DNA of 64,000 nucleotides from Candidatus Hydrogenedentota bacterium (GTDB lineage Bacteria; Hydrogenedentota; Hydrogenedentia; Hydrogenedentales; SLHB01): NCBI GenBank assembly GCA_963668025.2, contig CAXXTH010000017.1, positions 1 to 64,000 of the forward strand, read 5' to 3'. Shown piece by piece: positions 30,379 to 40,302 of this stretch (position 1 is its first letter; each line of letters starts with the position of its first letter). The notes under the pieces were generated by a model. It saw only the letters and a program-made list of their open reading frames with translations, ran no database searches and was not told where the DNA came from. The position numbers and the translations under genes were made by a program.

Positions 30379-31590
30379 CTAAACAAGCAGCTTCGCGACT
30401 TTTGGAGCCGCGATGCGCTCCATGATGGGCAATTCACCGATGAGCGGGCGGGCATACCGGATGAAGTCTTCCGTGACGCCATTGCCTGCTTCATTGATAA
30501 ACTTCGCAGGCATTTCGGTGGATTCGCGGGCGACGTCGCTCAGCTTGGCGAGGAAATACTCGACCGCATAATCGCCGATGCGGCGGATCGCCACCGAGCC
30601 GTCCATCTTGTGCCAAATGGCGAACTGCACCGCTTTTTCACCCACTTCACGCGCCTCGAACTGGTCGACGGTGCTGACGCACCCAAGGAAGCTGCGTTGA
30701 AGGTAGCCCAAGGTATCGGCGCGCACGCGCTTGATGTTCGCCTCGGCTTTCACCCATTGCGACAGTAAATCGCCTAGTGCGCCCGTGCCGGAGAGCTGGA
30801 CATTTCCGTGGGCGTCTTTTTCGCCGCCGGTGAATTGGCTGGCGATGGCCACGCCTTTATCGTCCTGGATGCCTTCCGATACGGCGACGATACAGCGGCC
30901 GTATTTCGCATAGGCTTCTTTCACGTCTTTTACAAATTGCTCCTTCGAAAAGGGGCGTTCGGGGAGGTAAATGAGATGGGGGCCGTCATCGGGGTATTTC
31001 TTGCCGAGAATGGCGGCAGCCGTGAGGAAGCCCGCATGCCGTCCCATGACCACGCCGATGTAGACGCCGGGAATGGCGCGGTTGTCAAGATTCGCGCCCG
31101 CGAACGCCTGGGCGACGAATTTGGCGGCGCTGCCGTAGCCAGGGCAGTGGTCCGTCACTTTAAGGTCGTTGTCGATGGTTTTTGGGATATGAATGACGCG
31201 CAATTCGTAGTCAGCGCCTTCAGCCTGTTCGTTTACAATGCGGCAGGTGTCCGCGCTGTCATTTCCGCCAATGTAGAAGAAATAACGCACATCGTGGGCT
31301 TTGCATACATTAAACACTTTTTTGCAATACTCGACATCCGGCTTGTCACGGGTTGAGCATAAGCCAGAAGAAGGCGTTTGCGCTACGGCTTCAAGGTTGT
31401 GCGTCGTCGCTTCGGTGAGATCGATAAAATTCTCGTTGATGACGCCGTTTACGCCATGGAGAGCGCCATAGACGCGAGTGACCTGCGGGAATTTGCGCGA
31501 TTCAAGCACAGCGCCCACAAGGCTTTGGTTGATGACAGCGGTGGGGCCGCCGCCCTGCGCCACCAAGACTTTCCCTGTTAATGTTGACAT
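30379..31590 (-). CDS. pfp: 6-phosphofructokinase, probably PPi-dependent
   Basis: QGGGPTAVIN, GGNDS (Asp at the donor-specificity position), PKTIDND, MGRHAG. Confidence 0.88.
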   Translation of the reverse strand: MSTLTGKVLVAQGGGPTAVINQSLVGAVLESRKFPQVTRVYGALHGVNGVINENFIDLTEATTHNLEAVAQTPSSGLCSTRDKPDVEYCKKVFNVCKAHDVRYFFYIGGNDSADTCRIVNEQAEGADYELRVIHIPKTIDNDLKVTDHCPGYGSAAKFVAQAFAGANLDNRAIPGVYIGVVMGRHAGFLTAAAILGKKYPDDGPHLIYLPERPFSKEQFVKDVKEAYAKYGRCIVAVSEGIQDDKGVAIASQFTGGEKDAHGNVQLSGTGALGDLLSQWVKAEANIKRVRADTLGYLQRSFLGCVSTVDQFEAREVGEKAVQFAIWHKMDGSVAIRRIGDYAVEYFLAKLSDVARESTEMPAKFINEAGNGVTEDFIRYARPLIGELPIMERIAAPKVAKLLV

Positions 31591-31929
31591 GGTTTTCTCA
31601 ACTCCTTCTAGTCTGGGGGAAATCCCGCACACCGCGCTGCGGCACAAACGTTATGCCGCCTGGCCAATTGCTCGCCGCGCGGGGCATGCGGCACAACGGG
31701 AAGCGATTATACCGAATCGCTAATGCGATATAAAATACCACACTTAAAAGGGCTGGAGGAGTCTCCGCCCGAAAAGCCATAGCCATCGCCCAAGCCATAC
31801 GGGCGTCGAATCCAAAGCATATTACTGCTGAACTTATCGCGCGTTTTGAAGAACTCATTCGGGGATAAGCATCGCGGCTTCGACCCTGTTCTTCGGCTTT
31901 CTTGAGAAGCTACGTATCCTCTTGTTAGA

Positions 31930-32283
31930 CTAGATCTTGTCCACGGCAAACTCATAACAGTAGAAATCCTGTCCTCCTATATTCTCAATTCCTATGTTCA
32001 GTAAATCGATCCTAAAAGACTTACTTTTAACGCAAATTGTATGAGTTTTCTGGCCGTTGATATCAAAAGATAGAGTCTTCGTATTCGGAGTAGATACAAT
32101 GACTACCGGATTTGCGATTTGTATGTCGCCTTGAGTAGAAACACTGACAGGCGAAATATCAGATCCTATCTGTATAGTGACGCTAGTTTTTGAATACGGT
32201 ACATACAGATTTATCTGCAGTCCCTCTGCTTTTACTACTGACGTCGTAAAAGGGCTCTGAGTAATCTTTACTATGGTGCTCAT
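31930..32283 (-). CDS. Hypothetical beta-rich protein (low GC)
   Basis: 117-aa ORF with RBS AAGGAG; last gene of the islet operon. Confidence 0.6.
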   Translation of the reverse strand: MSTIVKITQSPFTTSVVKAEGLQINLYVPYSKTSVTIQIGSDISPVSVSTQGDIQIANPVVIVSTPNTKTLSFDINGQKTHTICVKSKSFRIDLLNIGIENIGGQDFYCYEFAVDKI

Positions 32284-32324
32284 ATCTTTTCTCCTTGCTG
32301 CAAAGCCTGTGACTCAATCGGTGC

Positions 32325-32921
32325 TCATACACTTTCGCTTCTAGTTTCGCATACGTCTCGTTCTGATGTAGGAAGTCCAATTCTCGACAAGTAAGCAGAG
32401 AATCTCTGTGACACGTCTTCACGGAAAAGCGGAGCTATTCGGCAAACGAAATTGGTCTTTCGGAGTTGATGTAGGTACCTCACATTCACAGAAAAATAGT
32501 GCTTGAAATCTATGATAGAATCTACTATTGTTTGTGAAAATGAGATAAAGTGATATCGAGGATTGTTGTTTTTACGAAGATTCTTGCCTGGTGTCTTGTT
32601 CTTGTTTATCGTCTCCATCGGCATTTTGAGTTCCGATAAATGCTGACCTAAGTAAACATGTTCCGCGTTATAGAGCGGCGCAACAAGTACTGAAATAAGG
32701 TATTTGTCAGCGCTATTTTTCTGTGGATTACGAGCCCATCGGAAACGATGATCTTGTTCCAGATCGCAGTCTTGTGTCAGCACGATTACCAGAGGAAACC
32801 TGATCTTGGAGATCTCCAGATTCCCTTCGCTTTCCATAGCATATTCTATCATTTCCACATCTCGGAGGATGTCACCTTGGCAAATACGGGGCTTTCTGCC
32901 CGTTCTAATCATTGTCGTCAT
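32325..32921 (-). CDS. Hypothetical protein with PemK/MazF-like motif order
   Basis: QGDI...IVLTQDCDL...VLVAPL...RYHF...IIDF...FSAYLSRIGLP. Confidence 0.65.
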   Translation of the reverse strand: MTTMIRTGRKPRICQGDILRDVEMIEYAMESEGNLEISKIRFPLVIVLTQDCDLEQDHRFRWARNPQKNSADKYLISVLVAPLYNAEHVYLGQHLSELKMPMETINKNKTPGKNLRKNNNPRYHFISFSQTIVDSIIDFKHYFSVNVRYLHQLRKTNFVCRIAPLFREDVSQRFSAYLSRIGLPTSERDVCETRSESV

Positions 32922-33081
32922 GAGCGATCCTCGCGTGAATCCTTATTCGCGTAGGCTTTCCGGTTCCATATTTATCCACCTCGATGTGCGCGTCGTAAGG
33001 AATAGGCCTGGTTTGCTCAATGCTTGATGTTGTAGATTTCTCCGTATAGTCAGTTTGTATTTCTATGATTTTGTCATGCAT
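32905..33081 (-). CDS. Small hypothetical protein (58 aa), absent from the ORF track
   Basis: MHDKIIEIQTDYTEKSTTSSIEQTRPIPYDAHIEVDKYGTGKPTRIRIHARIAHDDND*; overlaps both neighbours and fills the gap between them. Confidence 0.5.
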   Translation of the reverse strand: MHDKIIEIQTDYTEKSTTSSIEQTRPIPYDAHIEVDKYGTGKPTRIRIHARIAHDDND

Positions 33082-33838
33082 GCATCATCTTCCTAAGTCC
33101 AGCGGTAATACTATCCTCAAAAAGCCGTTGGATTTGCTCATGCGCAATATCTATCATCTTCGCTATATCGGGATAGTCCTGAAGGCCATGATAATAGGCA
33201 TCGATGTCCAAAACAAACGATGGACGACAAATACGCGCAGGATAATCTGGGTTTGCAGCGCCGAATTGAAATTTGATCTGTATATCATTGTCATCTCTGA
33301 ACTCTGCGATGTTAAAGAGACGGGTTACGATATCCTGTTGCGCGGAAAAACGCTCAAACAAACCCAAAAGCCGCGTATCAATGTACTCGCTCCACTTAAA
33401 AGGATCTGAATTTGCAGGTTCGATATTGTTTACATACCGAAGCCCAAAGCGAGCACCTTGCAAGGCCATACGTTCTTTGAATAGTTGCGCAAGAACAGAC
33501 AGGAAATCCTCTTTGAGTTCCTCAAAGGATGAGTATTTTGTGTATGTTACCAGTATCGTGGCGGAAGAGATGACGAGTCGCTTTTCATGATTAAGACCAT
33601 GGTAATTCCATTCAATGATCTCTTCTTGTTTGCCGTGGAACTCTTTCGTAGACAATTGCAGTTCGTGTTTCATGGCCTTTTTTTGTTCACTTATGGGGAA
33701 GCGCTTAACTGCAGCGTTCCCTATTTCAGGTGGAATTCTTTTCCTTAGCAGTTCATCTTCTGCTGCAAAATCTACACGAGCGATGACTTCTTTGAGAAAC
33801 GAATTGTTGTAGCACACGTCGTCATACATAAGGCTCAA
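33074..33838 (-). CDS. TIGR04255-family protein
   Basis: YNNSFLKEVIARVDF, KYSSFEEL..F, RFGLRYVNNI, FVLDID, FEDSIT; RBS AGGAGG. Confidence 0.8.
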   Translation of the reverse strand: MSLMYDDVCYNNSFLKEVIARVDFAAEDELLRKRIPPEIGNAAVKRFPISEQKKAMKHELQLSTKEFHGKQEEIIEWNYHGLNHEKRLVISSATILVTYTKYSSFEELKEDFLSVLAQLFKERMALQGARFGLRYVNNIEPANSDPFKWSEYIDTRLLGLFERFSAQQDIVTRLFNIAEFRDDNDIQIKFQFGAANPDYPARICRPSFVLDIDAYYHGLQDYPDIAKMIDIAHEQIQRLFEDSITAGLRKMMHA

Positions 33839-33989
33839 TGCCTCCTATCTACCAATCTTCCCCATATCCGTTATGGAATAGGCTACTGTATTTCCACGTT
33901 CCACCTAGGTCGTCAAGCTCCACAACACTTTATAACTGTTTTTCCAAGGAATCAAATGTCAGATTGGACGCCCAGTACATCTCGACATT

Positions 33990-35643
33990 ACCGTTCTTCA
34001 AACGGGATCATTATTACCTCTTCTCCTTCAGCCCGTAGTCCATCACATGGATGAACCGGGCGGGGATGCAGCCGAACACGGGGATGCCGAGGCTCTTCCC
34101 GATGAAGGAGCGATATTCATCGGGGTCCGGTTCGGAAAGCGGTAGATGATGCCGCCACCGGACTTATTCTAGATCCAGCGCATCAGCTTCACGTCCGTTT
34201 CCCAGTCCCCTTGGAAACCTCGTACCGGCCAAAGTAGGAGCCATATACGAGCTGGTCGCCCAAGGTAGTTGGCCACAACGTGTCGCGTGTGGCGGCTTGT
34301 ACAGCCAGCTTCCACGCCGGACTATCCAGGTCTTCCATAAACGCTCGTATTCGACGGGCTTTTCTCTCCCCAGTCAATCCCTCGGCGCGCGCGATTCGTG
34401 ACGCTAGAACGCCCACTTCCATCTCACACCGCATGGATTTTTGGAACTCATCCCACGCGGTTAGAGAGGTCAAACCGCATTTTTGGATAGCGCCCGCAGT
34501 TATGTTGAAGAACGATGCGGCGAGCTTCCCGATATCCGATTCTGGCTTCAAGTAAGGGGAAGACAAGCGTTTAACGTCTTCCTTGCTCATGTACTCACCG
34601 GTGACTTCCATACTCCACATGGGCAAATCGTACTTGTATGAATCCACAAGCGCCCGCGAGGCCCGCACGAACCCGGGAAGCAGGCCACGAATCATGTACT
34701 CGATCTCGTCGGGGTGCAGCCGCGCATTGAGCGGGTCGCCCTTTCCGATGGCGTACATCCCTTCGTTCACCACTGCCGAGGCAAGCCGCCGCACCGACAT
34801 ATTCCAGGCGTTCCACGCCGCGTTGGATACGACGTTGGCGACCTGAGACCCTGGGCCGCTGAAGAGAGCGTTTAAATACCATTGAAATGCCGCGTTCCAT
34901 CCGGTGTTCTTGGCGGCCGCCGTGGCACGCATGGCTTGCGCGAGTTTCACCCGAAGGGGCCGATTCTCTCCAATCCGGCGCGGCACGAGGTTGTCTTGCT
35001 GGGAGAGTTCGTCCGAGATCGTGGAGATGTCGATCCCCCTGTTCTTCAGTTCCGTAACGAGCTGTTGCGCCTGCTTGGCCTGCCGTTGCTTCAATCCTCG
35101 TCGTTTCACGCGCGCCCGCGCTTTCTCCTCGGCACTCGTCTCGGAACTGTCCAGCACCCGTTGCACCCGTTTTAACTGGTCTGCAAGCGCTTTTGTAGGG
35201 GAATAGATCAATTCGTTCACAGCCCACAGTGCGCGTTGTTCCGGCGTCATGGTCTCGTCGTATGCGCTTCCGAGGGTATCCGCTATCTGCGAGCGCATGC
35301 CACGATATGCCTCGAACAGGGAGCTCATCCGCCGTACGTTGTCCAGGTCCCCCAACTGCTGGCTGGCCATCCGCGAGATGACACGCCGCAACGCGTAGTC
35401 TTCGGGCGGAGAGAGCAACTGGCCGGACTGAATCTTCTGCAATAGGCTATCCGAGGCCCCCGGCTGGCTTGCAATTTCGTTGCCGATACGCCGCATTTCT
35501 TCACGGTTCCACCCCTGGAATCGCTGCATATTCTCGTCCATGGCGGCAACAAACTGCCGTTCCTGCTGGGTCCGGCCAGGATTCTGTAGGTCTGGCCGCC
35601 CAACGGATAGCCCCGCGTCAAACCGCTCCTCGCTCTTCGCGCC
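33990..35643 (-). pseudogene. Fragment of a large phage internal-virion/ejection-type protein, decayed
   Basis: Helical 450-aa core with NALFSGPGSQVANVVSN; frame open to 35643 without a start; downstream frames continue FQGDW..RWI*NK..RTPMNI.. Confidence 0.55.
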
Positions 35644-35768
35644 TTATTGCGTTGAATAGGTTTGACTTCACCAAGCAGGTGAGCCTGCGTATTTCCTGTT
35701 ACGAGATATCAAAGCATCTTTCCTTTGACAACTCTCCGCGCCAACAGGTAGCATCGCGCCTGTGCGCC

Positions 35769-38633
35769 ATGAAAACGAAACACTCTCCAGAAGGCCATGA
35801 AGGCCCTTCGCACGCCGCCGCACAAGCCCGCTGGGGCTTGTTCGCTGCGGTGTTGCTGTTCTTTTTCCTATCAGGCGCGTGCGGGCTTCTATATCAAGTC
35901 GTATGGACCCGCAAGCTGGTGCTCCTCTTCGGCACGACGGCTTATGCCGTTAGCACAGTGCTGGCGGTGTTTTTTATGGGTATGGGGGCGGGCAGCCTGT
36001 GGGGCGGGTGCCTGGCCGCGCGTACCAACCGCCCGCTGTTTCTATATGGCCTGTTCGAGATATTAATTGGCCTATGGGCCGTGGCGTTCATTTTTCTGGC
36101 GGGGCATGGCAGTGAAGCCGTGGCGGTGCTGTTGCGGCCTTTTGCGGCCTCGCGCGCCTTGGGCATCGTACTGCGCGGCCTGCTGGCCCTTGCATTTCTC
36201 ATCGCGCCCGTGACGCTGATGGGTGCGACGCTGCCGCTGTTGTCACAGTTTGTGGCGCGCGAGCGGCGCGTATTGGGCATGCGCGTCGGCGCATTGTATA
36301 CGCTGAACACCTTCGGAGCCGTAGCGGGATGCGCGTTCGCGGGCTTCTATCTCATCGAACATATGGGATATATGCGCGCCACGTTCCTAGGCGCGGCGGC
36401 CAATGCGCTTGTAGGTGCGGCGGCGATGGCGCTGGGACGTACGCCTGCGCCTGCCGTAGCGGCGGAATCGCCCGCATCCGCACCGGTGGAAACGCCCATA
36501 TCCAGCGGCTTGGCCAGGCTCGTGGCGGCGGCATTCGTCGTGTCGGGTTTTTGCACGCTTGCCCTTGAGGTGATCTGGACACGCCTGCTCGCCATTCTGT
36601 TCACGGGCACCACCTATGCCTTCACCGCCATGCTCGCCACTATTCTTTGCGGCATCGCGGTGGGCGCGGCGGTGGCTTCTCTCACGGTGGACCGCATTGG
36701 CCGTGGAAAGCGTGCGCCCTGGCTGCTGGGTATTGCGCTGCTGGGCGCGTCCTGCTGCTGCTTGTTTTCCCTTGGCTCTCGCGGATTCGCGGGCGCTTCC
36801 GAGATCTACAACCAGCTCAGGCTCGATGCGGGCTACGCTTGGAGCGGCGTGGTCTGGGCTAAATTCTCGCTTGCGTTCCGTATTTTGTTTCCGCCCACGT
36901 TTTTCCTGGGCATGACGTTCCCCTTCGCGGTGAAGGCCATCGCGGGCTATCGCGGCTCGATCGGGCATGATGTGGGGCGGCTCTATTTTCTCAACACCTG
37001 CGGCGGCATCGTGGGCGCGTTGGCGGGGGGGTATGTGTTGCTCCCGCTCGTGGGCGCTCATCGCGGTGTTATCGGCCTTGCCGTGTTGCTGGGGCTCATG
37101 GGCCTGGCCCTCACGCTGGCGGGCCTGTCATCGAATCATGCGATGCGCCGCGTGGTGCAAGGCGTATTGGCGCTGGGTTTGGCCATGTGTGCGGCGTGGT
37201 TTGGATGGAAGGCCGTTTCCGGGCCGAATGTGGGCTATGTCCTCACCAAAGCCAATTTCCCGGAACAGAATAAAGACATTTACTTCTCCGAAGGCACGGA
37301 AGGCACCGTTGCGGTCTCAGAAGAGCCGGGAACGGGCAACTACACGGACCGGGTGTTGTGGATCAACGGCGTGCAGGCCACGGCTTCCATCGAAAAAGGC
37401 GTTAAGATGAACCGGTTCCAGGGCGTGTTGCCGCTTCTGTTCAACCGCGACCCGCGTGAGGTGCTGCTGATGTGCTTCGGCTCGGGCATCACGGCGGGCA
37501 CGCTCGCCGCGTCCGGTTATGACCGTGTGGACGCCGTCGAGATCGACCCGCTGGTGTATGAAGCCGCGCCGCTCTTCTCACGCGACAACCTGGATGTCAT
37601 GACCCGGCCCAACATGCGCTTCTTGGTGGATGACGGGCGCAATTATCTCTTGGCTTCGCGCAGCCGGTATGATTTCATCACCTTCGAACCCATGCCGCTG
37701 GCCCTGGCGGGCGTTTCCACGTTCTACACGCGGGAGTATTACCAGCTCTGCCTCGAACGCCTGAATCCCGGGGGCATGGTGTCGCAGTGGATACCGCTGC
37801 ACAGCCTCAACATCGAGGTGGTGCGCTCGCTCACGCGGACCTTCACCTCTGTCTTTCCCGAATATTGCGCCTGGTTCGTGAACGCCGACTTGTTCCTGAT
37901 CGGCTCGGCGGAGCCGCTCGAGATCGACTATGCCGCCGCCGAAAAACGCCTGGCTCGCCCCGAGCTGCGTAGCGCCCTCGCTGCGGTGGGGCTGGATGAC
38001 ACGACGGAACTGCTTTCGTGTTTTGTCATGGGCAAAGAAGCGCTGGAACGGTTCGCCGGTGAAGGCCGTATCATGACGGACGACCGGCCCTGGGCCGAGT
38101 TCGAAGCCCCGCGCTTGATGTATGAGCGTACCGTGCAGGAGAGCCTGAAAGCGCTGCGGGCAGCCATGGAAAGCCCGGCGTCTGGCCTCTCCACCGAAGG
38201 CATGCCTTCCCTTGAGGCCGGGGCAGCCAAGGCCGCCGTGGAACGCCGTTTTCAGGCGAAAGTGGCCGGGTTGCAGGGATTGATGGCCTATTATGGCGGC
38301 TCGTTCGGCTCGGAGCCCGAGGAGGGATTCATCGAGGCCCTGCGCGTGGATCCCGGCGACCGGTCCGCTTTGTATTACCTGCGGGAATTGGCGCGCCAGC
38401 GCACGGAGCTGTTCATCCGCTGGGAAAAATATGACGAAGCCCAGCAGATGCTGGATGCGTTCATCCTCGCCGCCCCGCGTGAAATGACATTTCACCTGTA
38501 TCTGGGCGATGTGCAATATGCGCGCGGCGACACCGCCAGCGCGATGAACGAATACGCCCAATATCTGGCCCTGGGCGGCACAGAAGCGCGCGCGAAAGAA
38601 CGGGTCCGCGCGTTGAATGGCGCGGCACAATAA
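35769..38633 (+). CDS. Fused membrane (MFS-like)/spermidine synthase-like protein with TPR-like tail
   Basis: FFLSGACGLLYQVVWTR, LMGATLP, LYTLNTFGAV (duplicated), FGSGIT, VEIDP, DDGRNYL, FYTREYY, TDDRP. Confidence 0.9.
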   Translation: MKTKHSPEGHEGPSHAAAQARWGLFAAVLLFFFLSGACGLLYQVVWTRKLVLLFGTTAYAVSTVLAVFFMGMGAGSLWGGCLAARTNRPLFLYGLFEILIGLWAVAFIFLAGHGSEAVAVLLRPFAASRALGIVLRGLLALAFLIAPVTLMGATLPLLSQFVARERRVLGMRVGALYTLNTFGAVAGCAFAGFYLIEHMGYMRATFLGAAANALVGAAAMALGRTPAPAVAAESPASAPVETPISSGLARLVAAAFVVSGFCTLALEVIWTRLLAILFTGTTYAFTAMLATILCGIAVGAAVASLTVDRIGRGKRAPWLLGIALLGASCCCLFSLGSRGFAGASEIYNQLRLDAGYAWSGVVWAKFSLAFRILFPPTFFLGMTFPFAVKAIAGYRGSIGHDVGRLYFLNTCGGIVGALAGGYVLLPLVGAHRGVIGLAVLLGLMGLALTLAGLSSNHAMRRVVQGVLALGLAMCAAWFGWKAVSGPNVGYVLTKANFPEQNKDIYFSEGTEGTVAVSEEPGTGNYTDRVLWINGVQATASIEKGVKMNRFQGVLPLLFNRDPREVLLMCFGSGITAGTLAASGYDRVDAVEIDPLVYEAAPLFSRDNLDVMTRPNMRFLVDDGRNYLLASRSRYDFITFEPMPLALAGVSTFYTREYYQLCLERLNPGGMVSQWIPLHSLNIEVVRSLTRTFTSVFPEYCAWFVNADLFLIGSAEPLEIDYAAAEKRLARPELRSALAAVGLDDTTELLSCFVMGKEALERFAGEGRIMTDDRPWAEFEAPRLMYERTVQESLKALRAAMESPASGLSTEGMPSLEAGAAKAAVERRFQAKVAGLQGLMAYYGGSFGSEPEEGFIEALRVDPGDRSALYYLRELARQRTELFIRWEKYDEAQQMLDAFILAAPREMTFHLYLGDVQYARGDTASAMNEYAQYLALGGTEARAKERVRALNGAAQ

Positions 38634-38667
38634 AGCGGCTTAACAAACCCGCCGGGGGAGCATATCA

Positions 38668-39471
38668 TTGATTGTATTTCTCAAGGCCATTGCGCTGGGC
38701 ATTGTGGAAGGCGTCACGGAATTCTTGCCGATCAGCAGCACGGGCCATTTGGTGCTGGTCGAGGACTGGCTTGAGCTGGGGCTGGGCGAGGCATTCGCGA
38801 AGGCCTTCAGCGTCGCCATTCAATTGCCCGCTATCCTGGCAGTGGTGCTGTATTTCTGGCGAATGCTGTTTCCCTTCGGGAAAGGTGTTTCAGAGCGCAA
38901 CGCCACGTTCATGCTCTACGCCAAGATTATCGTTGCCGTGCTGCCCGCCATCGTGCTGGGGGTGTTGTTTGATGACCTAATCGAATCCTATCTCCTCTAT
39001 CCTCTTCCGGTAGCGCTGGCCCTGCTCATTGGCGGCATCGTGCTGATCTGGATCGAGTCGCGCCATGGGCGGGAACGCTGTACATCGCTCGCTGAGATGG
39101 GATTTCCCATGGCTTTTTACATTGGTTTTTTTCAATGCCTAGCCATGCTTCCGGGCACATCGCGGTCGGCGGCCACGATCATCGGCGCGATGTTATTGGG
39201 GGCGAGCCGCCCTGTGGCAGCGGAGTTCTCGTTTTTCCTGGCCATTCCGACCATGCTCGGGGCCACCACGGTGACACTGTACAAGCACGGAGGCCATTTC
39301 ACCTCACTGCAATGGGCCGTGCTGGCCGTGGGGAGCGCCGTGTCTTTCCTGGTGGCGTACGCCTCCATCGCCTTTTTGATGCGCTTTATCCAAAGCCACG
39401 ACTTCAAGCCGTTCGGTTATTATCGCATCGCCTTGGCGCTCATCGTACTGGCGGCATACCTGCTGGGATAA
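38668..39471 (+). CDS. uppP: Undecaprenyl-diphosphatase
   Basis: GIVEGVTEFLPISSTGH, PGTSRSAATI, AEFSFFLAIP. Confidence 0.96.
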   Translation: MIVFLKAIALGIVEGVTEFLPISSTGHLVLVEDWLELGLGEAFAKAFSVAIQLPAILAVVLYFWRMLFPFGKGVSERNATFMLYAKIIVAVLPAIVLGVLFDDLIESYLLYPLPVALALLIGGIVLIWIESRHGRERCTSLAEMGFPMAFYIGFFQCLAMLPGTSRSAATIIGAMLLGASRPVAAEFSFFLAIPTMLGATTVTLYKHGGHFTSLQWAVLAVGSAVSFLVAYASIAFLMRFIQSHDFKPFGYYRIALALIVLAAYLLG

Positions 39472-39596
39472 AGCGGCTTATTCAGAATGACAAACCGAAC
39501 AACAAAACAAAAGAGAACCAGACACGCTAATACCATTACCGATTCAATAAGCCGCATGGCGAATCCGCGATGAGTGGATGTAATCAAAGATGAGGC

Positions 39597-40223
39597 TCAG
39601 CCGCCAGGCGCCGAAGGTGCATCAGGCTCATAGGGAATGGATACGGGCTCGGATAGAAGTGCGAAGTCGTTCTTGGACAGCTTGCCGCTGACGAACGCCA
39701 CAATCATATATCCCCCGCCTTTGAGGGGCTTGATCACGCCGGAATCTTGATACGCCAGCAGCCCCATATCGAAGCGAGTCTGCCGAGACCAGTCAATGTC
39801 TTCCGCATGGCCATACCACCAAGCGCCAAGGTAGCCGTCGCCGCCATCCTTGGGCGCGGAATCCGCGATGGTCGAAAAAACCTCATGAGCGCCAAGGGCG
39901 TCATCGCGTGCGCCGAATCCATATCCCTCGATGCTGCCCACCATCCGCAAATCGAAGTCCGGCTTGCGGCAATAGACGGTTAAAATCCCAATAGGTTGGT
40001 TATCGGGCGGCATGTTGGCGGGGAGATATTCGACATTGGCCCGCACCATGCGCCCAGCGGCGCGCACATTCGACAGCTTGAATGGAAATTCTTTGGGCTC
40101 GATGGGCTTTGGCTCTTCCGAGCAGCCGCCGAGCAGGATCATGGCGCAAACGCATGCCATGGCGAGCAGACGGGCCGCATGCCTTGGGTTTCGGGTTTCG
40201 GATTTCAGTTCGTTGGAATACAT
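39597..40223 (-). CDS. Hypothetical lipoprotein
   Basis: Lipobox LLGGC; start uncertain. Confidence 0.6.
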   Translation of the reverse strand: MYSNELKSETRNPRHAARLLAMACVCAMILLGGCSEEPKPIEPKEFPFKLSNVRAAGRMVRANVEYLPANMPPDNQPIGILTVYCRKPDFDLRMVGSIEGYGFGARDDALGAHEVFSTIADSAPKDGGDGYLGAWWYGHAEDIDWSRQTRFDMGLLAYQDSGVIKPLKGGGYMIVAFVSGKLSKNDFALLSEPVSIPYEPDAPSAPGG

Positions 40224-40302
40224 GCCACCTGGAACCGCGCAACGCACACTTCGCCTCTTAACAAAATGCATGGGAGCCTTTCCTGTAAAAACAGCCGCCG
40301 GA

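Noticed and set aside
34155-34165. TAG recoding in the phage fragment
   Set aside because: A single in-frame TAG next to frameshifts fits decay or error better.
35469-35768. 100-aa N-terminal extension of the spermidine-synthase-like ORF
   Set aside because: It overlaps the phage fragment; the family-like sequence starts near ATG 35769.
39472-39556. GCGGCTTATT...AATAAGCCGC inverted repeat after uppP
   Set aside because: Only 10 bp; too little to call a mobile element.
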